A DNA stretch of 64,000 bases from Amoebidium appalachense (lineage: Eukaryota; Protista; Ichthyosporea): NCBI GenBank assembly GCA_963693365.1, contig CAVNZM010000017.1:4578708-4642707 (forward strand), in the 5' to 3' direction. A model generated the notes under the pieces. It was not told the origin of the DNA. It made no database searches and saw only the letters and a list, made by a program, of their open reading frames with translations. A program made the position numbers and the translations under genes. This document shows positions 1 through 44,156 of the stretch, in pieces; the stretch's first letter is position 1, and every line of letters starts with the position of its first letter.

Positions 1-273
1 TTTCGGTCAAAAACCAAAACCATCGTGGTTTTCTATGATATCGTAAGGATATCGTAAGGATATCAGCAAAGGATGGGTTTCGGATATGCGCCATACCATA
101 ACCAATCCGAACCCTATCAAAGATATCATTGATAGGGATCTGATGGGTTCTATCCGGGAATTCTATGATATCTTGTCAGGCTCTTTTTGACGTATTTAGG
201 GTGGGGTTTGGTATGCCATATATCAAAATGATATATAAGATGGGTTTCGGATGCCGGATGAAGTTTGCTGATG

Positions 274-455
274 TAGAGATCTCTGGGACCAGTGAACCAA
301 TCGTTTGCAGTCAAAACACAATTGGCAACATTCCTCAACTATGCAGATGTGCATGTGGTGATCGAGTGTCAGCGTGTGTCTGTGTACACGGAACCAATTG
401 TAAAGCTAACATACACATATTGTGGAGTGAGCGTAAGTCTGCACTCCAACACCCC
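274..455. repeat. 182-bp direct repeat, copy 1 (copy 2 at 984-1165)
   Basis: tagagatctctgggacc...gcactccaacacccc recurs exactly 710 bp downstream; the only mismatch seen is 363 c vs 1073 t. Confidence 0.95.
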
Positions 456-842
456 TACCCAATTGGAGAAGTGTACACACCACTAGAGAAGAGAGAGTGA
501 GTGTGGCTGCTTGCAGGGTAGACCGGGGTGTGCCTTCCACTGTGGTGCGTGCCCCGCCAATGAAGTGGAATACTTGACGTTGATGTCGCAGGCTGCTGCG
601 GATGGAGTTTGTGGAAGCGAAAGTCTCTACTTCACGGAAATACGCTCGCGGGTGTAGGGTACAGCCTAGAAGTCGGTTTCTGGCTCCTCCGTTCAAGGCG
701 TCGTAGGGGACGTGAAGTTAGAGGCCGCGGTGTCGTGTCTGGGCCCATAACCCTGTTGGAAGTAGAGTCTGCTGTGACTAGGGTCGTCGTGGCGCGCTTG
801 GGCGCTGACCCGTTTTTTTACTGCTTTCAGTGTGTTAACTTC

Positions 843-894
843 TCCATGACTGCACTCCATGACTGAACTCCATGACTGAACTCCATGTCTGCAC
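843..894. repeat. 13-bp tandem repeat x4 (tccatgactgMac)
   Basis: tccatgactgcac tccatgactgaac tccatgactgaac tccatgtctgcac read directly. Confidence 0.85.
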
Positions 895-983
895 CTGGCA
901 GAGACGTGGCTTATATACCCGTGGGGCAGCAGTCTGGAATGTAATCCGGATGCCAGGCGCTAATCGGATTGGTTACTTTCATT

Positions 984-1165
984 TAGAGATCTCTGGGACC
1001 AGTGAACCAATCGTTTGCAGTCAAAACACAATTGGCAACATTCCTCAACTATGCAGATGTGCATGTGGTGATTGAGTGTCAGCGTGTGTCTGTGTACACG
1101 GAACCAATTGTAAAGCTAACATACACATATTGTGGAGTGAGCGTAAGTCTGCACTCCAACACCCC
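984..1165. repeat. 182-bp direct repeat, copy 2
   Basis: Near-identical to 274-455; ends where a poly-C run begins. Confidence 0.95.
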
Positions 1166-2173
1166 CCCCCCCCCTCTTATGTCTAGATAATGCGTGTTTG
1201 CATGTGCATGTAAGGGGGGGGGGGGGGGGGGTTGTCGTTGTTTGGTTGTTCAGGGCAAGATGAGATATTTAACACACACTGCGTATGAAAATGCACCTAA
1301 CTTACCGGATTGACAATCGTGACGGTCATTAGTACGTCAAAAAAGAGAACTGCAAAACCATGGCTTATAACCGTGTGATCTACCAGGTCCTGATGCACAG
1401 ACAGGCTTTCTCCTCCTCATATCATGCCTCTCTGGCAAGCCTTAGGGGCATTTCCTTCCCCTCCCCCCCCCCCGGGCCCCCCCCCTCCCTCTCCCCCACC
1501 GTTTCCCCGGGCCTTCCCTCCCCCCCCCCAACCCCATCTACCCCCCCTGCCCCGCCCATTTGTTTCAAACCCGTCTCCCTTCCTCTGGAATTCCCTTGTC
1601 TGTTTTCGACTTAGCTATCCGTTCCCTTGTGCGACGCCAGGCTAGAGCACTCCCAGTATTCACTCAGTGTCTCAAGCTTAAAGTACTGGGCGATCTCGGC
1701 CTAGGCTAGCTCTTTTCTCGTCTTTCTTCTATCAGCCCCTTCTCCACTTCCTTTTTCTCTCACCTCAATCCACGATACTTTGCTCAGTTTCATGTTCCTA
1801 TGTCGCTCTCCACTAGACCTTCTCCCCTGCTGCTTCTACAGTACTCCGTCATTTCCATCCCTTCTCCACCCTTTGATCCACAACCTCCCTCCCTGTCTGC
1901 ACCAGAAACCCGTATTTCTCTGCATCCTTGTTTCTCCAGCTCTCTCCGTTTACCCTTCCCACATATTTCCGGCCCCTTTACCCCCTCCCTCCAGTCTCAG
2001 GGCCTTGCTCTTGAACTTAAAACCGTGCGGAAAAAAGGGAGAATGGGGCTATGCATGGTCACTTAAAGTTTCCTGTTCAACAGTGGTTCCATTATTATTA
2101 TCTTCAATCTCCTTCCCCTCTTCCCACCCTTACCCTCCCCTCCCCCCCCCCCCCTCCCCCCACCATCCCCCCC

Positions 2174-2212
<39 letters not shown>

Positions 2213-2453
2213 TCCCCCTCACCACTGTGTATGATCTGAAAATATACAGAACCCCAGCAGAACCGACCTCAAATAGAGTTAACATTGCTGATGCTCACAA
2301 GCTCGTGTGTCGTACATTGACAGAGTTATCGTTTAACCAGCTTGTATGGGCCGAAATAAAGGCACCAACTGTTCTATGTAAACCTTATGTTTCGATCACG
2401 ACGCCCTTTGCCAAGTTTTAGTCCTTATCAGTGAAATCATTGTTGTCAACGCT

Positions 2454-2528
2454 GATTGGTGGAATATATATGGTTAATTTTAGGTGCTAAAAATAGCAAT
2501 GTCTTTTTAGATGAGTGACCTGACGTCA
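2454..2528 (+). promoter_or_regulatory. Possible promoter elements: inverted CCAAT box (gattgg) and CRE palindrome TGACGTCA
   Basis: Motif matches about 175-250 bp upstream of ATG 2702; short motifs, so chance occurrence is possible. Confidence 0.3.
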
Positions 2529-2701
2529 AGCCAAGTTCGCGCCACTACAAAACAAAACAACACGGTGAACACAAAACGCGGAAACCCACTCTCTCATCTT
2601 CTAGCGATTAGCCCCAATTCCTATGTTCTAGCTTCACAGAATTAACATTAAATTAACTTCAAAACCATATACACAACAACTATTATAGCCACCCTATAGC
2701 T

Positions 2702-3979
2702 ATGGCGTCAGTTTCGGTAGAGTCGCTCCGCGCGGAGTTTCCCGCTTTTTCCGAGTACCCTGACTGGGCATACATGGAGAATGCCGGTGGCTCGCAGGTA
2801 CCCACATGTGTTCTTGATGGAATGACGGACTACATGAAGAGAAAATACGTGCAGCTAGGGGCAGGATACCCCATGGCAAAAGCAGCGGATGATGTCATCG
2901 CAGGAGCGCGCCATTTCGAGGAGGTGTTCATGGGCGCAGGGGACAGTGGGAAGGTGGCTTTGGGACCGTCGACATCGGCCATGGTGGAACTTCTTGCTCG
3001 TGGGTATGAAGGGAAAGAGACGGGGTTGAAACTCGGTGACGAGGTGATTGTGAGCGAGGCGGCACATGAGGCCAACAAGGGCCCATGGACACGTATGGCT
3101 GAGAGAACGGGGGCAAAGTTGGTCATGTGGCCCATCGATAGAGAGACATTCCAAACATGCCCCATCCCTGCTTTGGGAGAGATTTTGTCGCCACGCACAC
3201 GAATTGTTGCGTTTCCCCACGTGAGCAACCTGCTAGGGGAGGTGGTGAATATCGAGGAGGTGGTTAAGGCGGTGAGGGAGGTGAGCCCCAACGCGAGAAT
3301 CATTGCGGATGGCGTTGCGTACGCGCCACATCACGCTATCGATGTAGAGAAATGGGGTGTGGATTGGTACGTGTACAGCTTCTACAAGGTGTTTGGCCCA
3401 CACATGGCCGGCCTGTTTGGGCGGCATGAGTGCTGGCAGGAGATCGTCGGGCAGAACCACTTCTTTGTGGGGGCTAAGGACATGCCGTACAAGTTCGAGC
3501 TGGGGGGGGTCAACCACGAGGGCTGTGCTGCCCGGGTGGCGCTTATCCCCTACCTCAACAAGTTGGCTGGCCGCAAGGTGGACACACCGTTTGATCGCTC
3601 AACGGTCATCGCTGCATACGAAACGATCGAACGGCTCGAGTCGGCATTGACGACAAAGCTACTCACATTCCTGCGCACATTGCCTAGGGTTACTGTTTAT
3701 GCCAGCACGGCACCAGGGGCTAAACAGTGCACCACCATTTCTTTCATCCACGAATCGCTGAAGAGTAGCGACATCTCGGCGCATTGCCATGAGGCGAAAG
3801 TTGCCGTTCGCCATGGGCACATGTACGCGTTTCATCTTACGGAGGCACTTGGGTTGGATACGGTGGAGGGTGTTGTGCGTGTGTCCATGCTCCATTACAA
3901 CACACATGAGGAGGTGGATAGGCTCATTTCTGCACTGTCACAACTGTTCCGCCCCCCTCAGGCCAATGGCCACTCGTGA
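2702..3979 (+). CDS. PLP-dependent aminotransferase class V / cysteine desulfurase-like protein (VC1184-type subfamily), intronless, 425 aa
   Basis: Motifs YMENAGGSQVP, HEANKGPW, PHVSNLLG, DGVAYAPHHAIDV, YSFYKVFGPH (PLP lysine), GVVRVSMLHYNTHEEV. RHGHMYA sits where SufS has RxGHHCA, so the catalytic Cys is absent. Confidence 0.92.
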   Translation: MASVSVESLRAEFPAFSEYPDWAYMENAGGSQVPTCVLDGMTDYMKRKYVQLGAGYPMAKAADDVIAGARHFEEVFMGAGDSGKVALGPSTSAMVELLARGYEGKETGLKLGDEVIVSEAAHEANKGPWTRMAERTGAKLVMWPIDRETFQTCPIPALGEILSPRTRIVAFPHVSNLLGEVVNIEEVVKAVREVSPNARIIADGVAYAPHHAIDVEKWGVDWYVYSFYKVFGPHMAGLFGRHECWQEIVGQNHFFVGAKDMPYKFELGGVNHEGCAARVALIPYLNKLAGRKVDTPFDRSTVIAAYETIERLESALTTKLLTFLRTLPRVTVYASTAPGAKQCTTISFIHESLKSSDISAHCHEAKVAVRHGHMYAFHLTEALGLDTVEGVVRVSMLHYNTHEEVDRLISALSQLFRPPQANGHS

Positions 3980-4743
3980 TGAACATGGGTGGTGGTTTGG
4001 GTTTTTGGTATGATTTTCCGTTGATTTCTGATCATAAAAAGTAGTTTTGAGGTTTTGTTGTTGTAGATGTAAGAGGCCAGATGTGCTGACGTGCTGTTCG
4101 GTTAGTAGACTTCGGCTGTGTTCTGTCAGACTCTGATTTTTCAACAGAATAGGTTGTTGCTATCTTCTTCCCTTCCTCCCCCCGCCTTTCCCCCCTCCAT
4201 CCCCCTCACCCCCCCTGGCTTTCTTCCACGCGCAGATACCCCCCCCTCTCCCCCCCGCCCCCACCCACCCACCCACCCACCCCTTTCTTACAAATAATGC
4301 CGGGGAGGGTCCGAACAACACACTATCCTACCTACACACACGCACACACTTTTGCACTACCCCCCCTACGTTTCTGTTCTTCGATTTTTTAAAAGTGGGA
4401 AATGTCAAAGTGCTCTAGGTAGAGGCTGTGGCTAGTTCTGCATTAGGTTAAGGAGTAATGAGCACTCCCTGTAGATAACCAAAAAGTGAAAGTGAGATAC
4501 TAAATAAATCCCATTAGACCATTTGAGTCGGCCATAATTACCTTAACTTGAGGTGGTCGATTTCAGTGTAGTAAAAGCCGTTGATTTTCATGTTCTTCCA
4601 AGATACTTGCATTGGATGTAATTGATTGGAGTTTACCAGAATATTCTGATTGCAAGGAAGGCACCAAAATATACAAATCTCAGTCGCCTGTCTTCATCCG
4701 GCTGCAGTTCAATATATGCCGACCCCTGTAGTAGTGTGCCTCT

Positions 4744-4774
<31 letters not shown>

Positions 4775-5382
4775 CCCCCCTCCCCTTCCCGGACAACCCA
4801 CCCCCCCGGCACCCGCCTACCCTGCCCTGTCCCCGCGGACACCTCCACCTCTCCAATTGCAACCCTCACCTCCCTGTGACACTCCCTCCCTCTCAGTCTC
4901 ACTTCCATTCAAATGTCCCCAATCCCCTGGTCTCCCAACCCAGTGTATGTTCTATATATACGTACATGTATACATCAATACATAATTTTGCTTATACATA
5001 CTGATTATAAATAAGAATATAAGCTTCAACTACCCAGTTTCGATCGGATTCGGCCCCATTGTCCTCCCACCCACCCTCCTGGTCCGAGTAGGCCGGGCCG
5101 TGCAGACTGAACCATTGGGCCACATGGCACCTCCAGTCTGCCAAAATATCCGATCGAACGTTCGCATTCAGACCCACCCCATCCCCTCCCCCGCCTTCTC
5201 CGATCCCCCCAGGGGTTTTACATACAACCTCCGTCCCTCCGTCTGATAAGAAGCCCGTTGCATCAATATCAATAATCCCCCCCCCCCCCCCCCCCCCCCC
5301 CTCACCACCACCAATGGTCCACCTTCTTTCCTCTTGAGGGCCTGGGCCCCTCTGCAGAACAACATTCTGCTGAGATCTCTAG

Positions 5383-5419
<37 letters not shown>

Positions 5420-6156
5420 ACACCCACCCCACCCCCAACCACCACCACCCCGCCAGAAACTTTTGTCAAAACTGCTATTTTAAAAGCTGCACGGTACGGC
5501 ATTTTTTGTTTTGATTTCATGTGATGGAATACACATCCGCAGTCGGCGGCGGCATTTATTAACAAATCCTAATAAAACAATTTCAACTTTCATTTATCCA
5601 GAGTGATATAACACATTTTCGGGAGAAGTTTCAAAAGAAAAAGTTAAATCTACATCGATCAAGCGAGTCATTCAACTTAAAAACGCTGGCTGGGCCCGGC
5701 CGGGGGACGGGCTTTGCCAAAAAAAAAAAAGGACGATTGATCAAGAACAAGCTACGACAAACAACCACATGTAGAATCCATTGGAGGAAAACAACTCGAG
5801 ATTTCCTAATTTCCTAACTTAGGTACTTACATTCCATATATTCTAATCTTCCTCAGGCAGGGGTTCATATTTCCCAAGAACCGTACAGGGATTATTTTTT
5901 GGTTCAGATTTTACTTCCATACGATATATTAAAAAGCACATTCGAAATACTAAAATTGTGGAAGCCACGATTACTTTATTAAAAAGCTACCGTACCGAAA
6001 GGGGCAGATTACGAATTTCGAAACAAGCATTCTCGGAAATTGACGAAAGTCGATTCTTAAGGGCTGTTTCTTCGCGAGTGTGTATGGGCTCATGGATCGT
6101 GTGTGTGCGTGCGTGTGTGCGCGCGCACGTGTGTGTGTGTGTGTGTGTGCGTGCGC

Positions 6157-6187
<31 letters not shown>

Positions 6188-6387
6188 TGTGCGTGCGTGT
6201 ATATGCGTGTGTGTGTTTGCGTTTCTGTGTGCGGGTGTGAGTGCGTACGCAGGCACACGTACGTGTAATTGCGCGTACGTGTGCTTACGCGCACACATGC
6301 ATACGTGTGTCCACGCAGACACACGCACCCACCCACACCCACACACCCACACACCCACACACCCACACACACTCACACAGACACACA

Positions 6388-6426
<39 letters not shown>

Positions 6427-6462
6427 AGGAGATTTGGCAAGCACATAGGCGACATCACATTC

Positions 6463-37523
<31,061 letters not shown>

Positions 37524-38026
37524 GTTTTTGGCTCAATGATGCGAGCGAGGCCACAGGTGGACCCCACTCCGTGCTTACGTCCCTCTAAACAGTAGCATGT
37601 TCGGAAAGCAACAAAAGGTGTGCTAGCTAGAGATCTCTCTCTGCAGATGCTGTTTTTGTGCTTTATATTTGCTCAGAGTAACCCTCTCATTACATCAGTA
37701 TTCAAACTCGGAGCCCGTAGCCGCATGAAAGCTTCGTTTTTCGCGCCCCGATTTTTTGATGTTGTTAGTCTCGTTTCTGTCAAACCTCGAAGTTGCCAAC
37801 GGTTCATAGACTTCATAGTGGGTGTCACAATAAAGAGGATGTCTCAACATCCGGACGGGCATCATGATGCACAAGTCCCACACTATGTAGTACAGCGCTC
37901 AACATTTCTTTCATTTATGAACCTAAATCAAAAAAAAAAAAGAAAGAAAGAAAGAAATAAAAAAGGCATACTGTGTCATCTTATATGATGCGATATTTAT
38001 GTGTTCGAATTTACCCGCAGTGGCTT

Positions 38027-38254
38027 CAAGCCCGACCATAACCCCGTTTTTACGGTAAAAAATACCCAAAAGTTTTCAAAAATACCATCAAAATTTCAGT
38101 TTATGGTAAGCCCCCGCAAGTTTCATGGTAAGTTACAGTAGGACCCCTCCTTTATCCTCCATTGACTTGGGAAGAAAAATACCATACCCCCCGGGCGAAA
38201 ATACACCGGGGCTTGAAAAAATACCGAGAAAAAAGGTCTGAATTTTCGGGCTTG
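38027..38254. mobile_element. hAT-type MITE, 228 bp
   Basis: TIR caagcccga...tcgggcttg flanked by a perfect 8-bp TSD agtggctt (38019-38026 and 38255-38262); internal aaatacc/ggta motifs. Confidence 0.9.
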
Positions 38255-38851
38255 AGTGGCTTACTCAGTTTCGATACATAAGCCAATGAAAGTGCGACAA
38301 TTTATCTTCTGGAATGCTCCGAATTCGGGGAGACTTTATTTTTTTACCTTAGTTGCTGTCAAACGTTCTTATGTGGTGACTATGGAAATAGAGTAACCAA
38401 TATTCTAGTGCCTATTTTCATGCATACATATTTCTATACTATTTCTTATAGCTTTATCCATTCTATAATGGCGGCAGTGCTCCTGCACTCAACTTGTCAA
38501 GATGACGCCTCAACTACCAAGTAAGGCAATTCTGTAATCTGTGCCAACAACTACTCTCATTGGCTACTTCAAAGCACACATTTAGTTGTGATTCGCTAAG
38601 GTCACTCAAGCGCGCACGCTTTGTTGCTTTTTCAAGTTCTCCGAGTCTTTTTTTCTCGCCAACTTGGATTCGAAAGTTGTTTGAAGCATGTGCCAATTGC
38701 AAACCGGTCCACGGGCCCATCCACCGACACACATCTCAATCACTTTATACCTTCAGCTCACGTGTTTAGGAGAAATCACCAGCCATAGTTTTTAAAGTTG
38801 AATGTGCTACTAGTCACATCTTCTCAACTCACCTCTGCATCATCACGCAAA

Positions 38852-39423
38852 ATGGCTCAACAGCCCACCACAGACAAGTATCGTCTCTCCACTGTTGTTC
38901 TGTATGCATTCCTCGTTTGGCTCTTTCCCATGATTGTTTCCTGTTTCTTTTACGATGAGGCCGGAAATAGGCGGGAAGATGTTGACGAACAAACCTTCAA
39001 GAGTGTTATGGTGGTGACAGGCTCAGGCACTGGCGCATTTTTGCTTGTAAGGTGGGTTGTTTCTTTTTCTTTTCTCGTTTCTTCTTCTTTTCTTCCTAGG
39101 CAAAGGGAAACACCTTTTGCCCGGAAGGCGTGTGTGGGTGGGTGGGTGGAAAAAGGGGGAGGGGAGGGGGGGAGGGGGGGAGGGGGGGGGGGGGGGGGGG
39201 GGGGGGGAGGGAGGACGTGGGGGCGAAGGGCTTTTGCTTTACATCTCCCCCCATACTTCCCTTCTCTTTGTACTGGTTGTAGGTTCAAGTCCTACTATCG
39301 CACACATGTACACGCCCAATACATCACCACTTTACCCTTACTCGCCCACTTTTCCTCCCACACACAGGTGTCGTTGCGTGCGCGATGGCACACGCACAAC
39401 TCACAGACACGCACGTACGCCCA

Positions 39424-39473
<50 letters not shown>

Positions 39474-39599
39474 GAAAAGAGTCAAGGGCACACAAACTCG
39501 TGCACATGCACAAACACACACATACACATACGCACATATACACGCATACCTTACACAAGGCGCTCAGACGCACTCGTACTACAGAGAGTAAGGGGAGGT

Positions 39600-39633
<34 letters not shown>

Positions 39634-40465
39634 CCAATGGGGGTTAAATTTTTATGTTCTAAATATATTTGGAGAGAGGGAGGGGTGAGAGGGGGGCTGG
39701 GCCAGGGCGGGAGGGGGAGGGGCTGGGGAGGGGAGTGGGGGGGGGGGGGGGGGGGGGGACAGGGAGGGGGGAAGGGGCGGGGGAAGGGGGAGGGGGTTGG
39801 GAAAGGGGGGGAAGAGAGAAACTGCGAGGGGGGGAAGGGGGGAGGGGGGCAAGAGAGAGAGAGAGGACAAGAGAGAGAGCGAGAGGCTGGTGGGAGGTGG
39901 GGGGGAGGGGAGGTTTTCTGTGTATGTGCGTGTGCGTGTGCGTATGCGTGTGTGTGTGTGTGTGTGTGTGCGTGCGTGCGTGTTCATGTACGCGTCTCTG
40001 TGATACAATTCCCACACGTACTAACAACTATCTTCCTGTTGTGGCTCTCCCTACTTTACAAGTATTCCCTTCTTTCTCGCTCATCTTCTTCCACTCCCCA
40101 GCCCCCTCTTTGTCTTTCTTCCTCTGGCTCTCCATGATTTTCGGACCATCGTCCCTTCTCCCCCTACCTCCTTTACCCCCACCCCACCCCACCCCATCCC
40201 CTCGCCGCTTTTTCAGGGTCTCTCCTTTCTTTACACACACCAACCCAATAGCTGCTAAATAACCCCTCTCCCCCTCCCCCACCCCCACCCTGTGAAACCC
40301 TCGTGACACAAGTCGTCTCTTGTCTTCTTCCTTAGTTGTACACGCTGATTGCTGAAACACCTCAATTTTCTATCATCCCTCCCCCCCTTCTCCCCTCCAA
40401 AAGCATAGTGGTACAAACGAAGGATTTCTCCCCCACCACCACCTCCACCTAAAAAAAAAAAAAAA

Positions 40466-40514
<49 letters not shown>

Positions 40515-40684
40515 GGGGAGGGTGGGAAGAAAATGAAAAAGATCCCGATGAGTACGAACCTATAGTGTCATAAGAGCTACGATTAATTTAAGGTTGAAGC
40601 ATGGGCACACAACTGCAATCGTTCTCCTTCCATTTATACATGTATTGTGGTTGTCATTTTGGTGGTTGTCAGATGAAAAGGGGA

Positions 40685-40715
<31 letters not shown>

Positions 40716-40741
40716 AGTATGCAGGTATCCATTCATACCCA

Positions 40742-40780
<39 letters not shown>

Positions 40781-40949
40781 TGCCCGCCGGTTGGGAATCT
40801 CAAGAGTTTCTGCCTGCTCACCTAGTGATGCAAACCGAGAACAATGGCTTTTTTATGCACGGGTAGTGACATGGCAATTTTCTATGAGCCGGCATGTTTT
40901 AATACTTCGTATTTGGTTGGCTTTCCCTCTCTCATTCCCCCCCCCCCCC

Positions 40950-41020
<71 letters not shown>

Positions 41021-41194
41021 CCTCTCTATCCCACCCCTCTCTTCTCCCCACCACCACCAAGAACCCCCCTCCCCCCCTTGCATATCAGGACAGCACATAA
41101 TCCTCACTAACTGCAATCGCACACCCTCCTCCCCTCCCGCTGCGCCCCACACATGCACGCACTCGCGCTCACACGCACACAAACACACATGCAT

Positions 41195-41286
<92 letters not shown>

Positions 41287-41314
41287 ACACCTACATAAAC
41301 ACGCACACGCACAC

Positions 41315-41365
<51 letters not shown>

Positions 41366-41746
41366 CATTATCACCCCTCCCCCCCCCCCCCCCACGCACA
41401 CACACACACACAATCCCTCCCCCCCCCCCCCCCCCCCGCACACACACACAATCCTCCACCCCTACCCCTACCCCTCCGACACACACACAGAATCTTCTCC
41501 AATCAAATCGTCGGCACCCCACTTCAGTCTCAAGCCACCTCCCTAGGTCTTAAGATTGGAATGTTGTGGCTAGTGATCAACTATGCGCTAGACGTGATCG
41601 TATTGGTGCATCTGCTTGGAATGCCGCTCCGTGATTGGTTCTTTCACGTTGGAATGCGCTATCTCACCATGCCCACATACGGTATGGCTATGGGGGCGGT
41701 TGTTCAGGCAGCATACAGAGTGGATAATGAAAATAAGGAAAAGTGA
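38852..41746 (+). CDS. Small multi-pass membrane protein, 151 aa, 2 exons (38852-39051, 41491-41746)
   Basis: The AG|gtgggt donor and (ca)n-cag acceptor join in frame: ...YAFLVWLFPMIVSCFFY...FKSVMVVTGSGTGAFLLVR|IFS...GLKIGMLWLVINYALDVIVLV...GMRYLTMPTYGMAMG; four hydrophobic segments. Confidence 0.85.
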
Positions 41747-43427
41747 TTGTTAAAGCAAAGTATCTGTTGCCGTAGATTGGTGGTATTGAGGTCCCGGGGT
41801 GATCCGGGGTGATTGAAGGAGGTGGGGAGTGGGGAGAGGAAACAAAGAAGTGGGAGAAATTGGGGGGGGGAGGGGGGGGGGGGGGGGGTTGAAAGGGGGA
41901 ATCGGGAGAGAGAAAAGGTGTCAGATAGAGAGATTTTATAGAAGTATAAATTAGTCAGGTATGTATGTTTTGTGGGGACGATGGGGTGAAGATGAAGTGG
42001 ATAGTAATTGGCAGGAAGTCATGCAAGAATTTGACTCCTGAGGTCCAGCCAGAGGTGTGCACAGTATACATGTTACAGTGCCAGATATGGATATACTGTT
42101 TTAAATTTTAAATATTAACTTTGGGAGAGTTAGTGAAAGTTTTTAATTGTCTTGAGTGTTGGTAGACGATGAAGTGAGAGTACAGTTAAACTATTTTGAA
42201 ATATGGTGGCACTATGTTTGATTGGATGTAAATACAGTTGGTCCATACGTGCAGTGAAATGTACTTTAAAACTTGCAGTGTGCATAATTTTTGCTTTAAG
42301 CGGTCAGATGAATTATGCTACTGTTATGGATGTCCGTTTTGATCCACGGGTATATGACGAGCGAATTCTCTATCAATGAGGGTTAACGCTCAACAATAAA
42401 AATAAAAAATAATGGGAAATAGAAACCAAAAAAAATTTAAACAGCGGCAAGGGGTTTGCTCATTGAAAAACTTGCAATATACATGTGTGTTCGTGTGTGT
42501 GTGTGTGCACAGCCAGATAGAAAGCTAGTAGTGTTCGTTCTCCACTAGTACATATTAAGTGAATGCTCTGCCAATGGGGTTATGGTACCTACACTAAAAA
42601 TAAATAAAAATTATAAAAAATAAAATAAAAATAAAAATAGCAGACGTGAACCCAACTAAGAGTTACCATGAGAGTGGCCTACAGACGTTTACTTTTTTAT
42701 TTTTTGTACCGAAAGTTCACCATAGCACTCCGTATTGTAATAAACAAGGCATTCTTTCCTCCTTTCCCCTCATTCCCTCTCTCTCTCTCTCTCTCTCTCT
42801 CTTCTTCTCTCTCCTCCTCCCCCCCCCCCCCCCCTCCCCCCCCCCCCCCCCCCACCGAACCCCAGGGCCCTTCCGCTCTCTCCAATCGTAAACCCCCCCA
42901 CCCCTCTCTCTCTGTGTGCACGTGGGTGTGCGTGTTATATGACATATGCATGCACGTGTGGGCTTGCGCACGCCCACCCCACTGTGTGTGGTTTGTTGCG
43001 TGCGTGCGCACATGTGTGGATTTGTGTGGGTGTGTTCGTGCATGCACGGGTGTGTGTGTGTACATGTGTGACACGCAGTAGTGTTTGGTGTGGGGCGGTC
43101 CGGGTAGGGTGGTTGGAAACGGGTGTGTGCTTGGAGACATGTGTGCACCTACCCGGTGCTTGTGGGTGCGAGCATATATGTACTAATGCAGTACATTCAA
43201 TCCAAATTCGGTGCTTTTGTTGTTGTTTTTTGGCCGTGCGTGTTTGTGTGTGTGTGTGTGTAGGGGTGAGGGTGGGTGTGGGTGGGTGGGTGGGTGGGTG
43301 GGTGTGGTCGTGTGTGTGTGACTGTGTGTGTGAGTGTGTGTGTTTTGTGTTGTGTGTGCGGGCTGGGTGGGGTGGGTGGGTGAGTGTGTTCGTGTGGGTG
43401 GGTGGGTGGGTGTTTATGTGTTGTGTG

Positions 43428-43458
<31 letters not shown>

Positions 43459-43670
43459 TTGTGTGTGTGTTGTGTGTGGGTGGGTAGGTGGGTGAGTGGG
43501 TGCCACTAGTACTGGATGTGTTCGTGTGCGAGTGTGTGTGAGTGACACACCGTTGTGGTTTTGAGTGTGTCCTGGTGGGATGTGTGGAAATTTAAACAGG
43601 CATGTGTTTGGAGACGTCTGCAGCTGTGCACCTCTGTGTTTGCACTTGTGGGTGTCAGCCCTATGAATCT

Positions 43671-43708
<38 letters not shown>

Positions 43709-43991
43709 TCAGATTTTTGTTTTTTATTTTTCAAACTCTCGTTCGTGATGATACAACAACGGAATGCCCGAAAATGTTCTGGCAAAAACTCTCAAAGTAC
43801 ACAGAAATAGTTAACTGCCTATTGCTTGCTTTTATGTGCCGAAATGTTTTTAGCATATCAGCACAACACATTTATGGTTCTTTTTTACCAGTCACAGGCA
43901 CATACTTGTGGTTTTAGTTCGAAAAATAGAACTAGTTTCACCAACTGGGAGAAACTGTAACAAACCACAATTCATCAAAAGTGCTGCCCCC

Positions 43992-44022
<31 letters not shown>

Positions 44023-44089
44023 AAAAAAAAAACCAACAGCAGCAAACACGCACACGCACAAGCACGCGCGCGCACACACACACACACAT

Positions 44090-44156
<67 letters not shown>

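Noticed and set aside
5039-5159. Short inverted repeat ttcgatcggat / atccgatcgaa
   Set aside because: Only 11 bp, with no TSD and no second copy seen.
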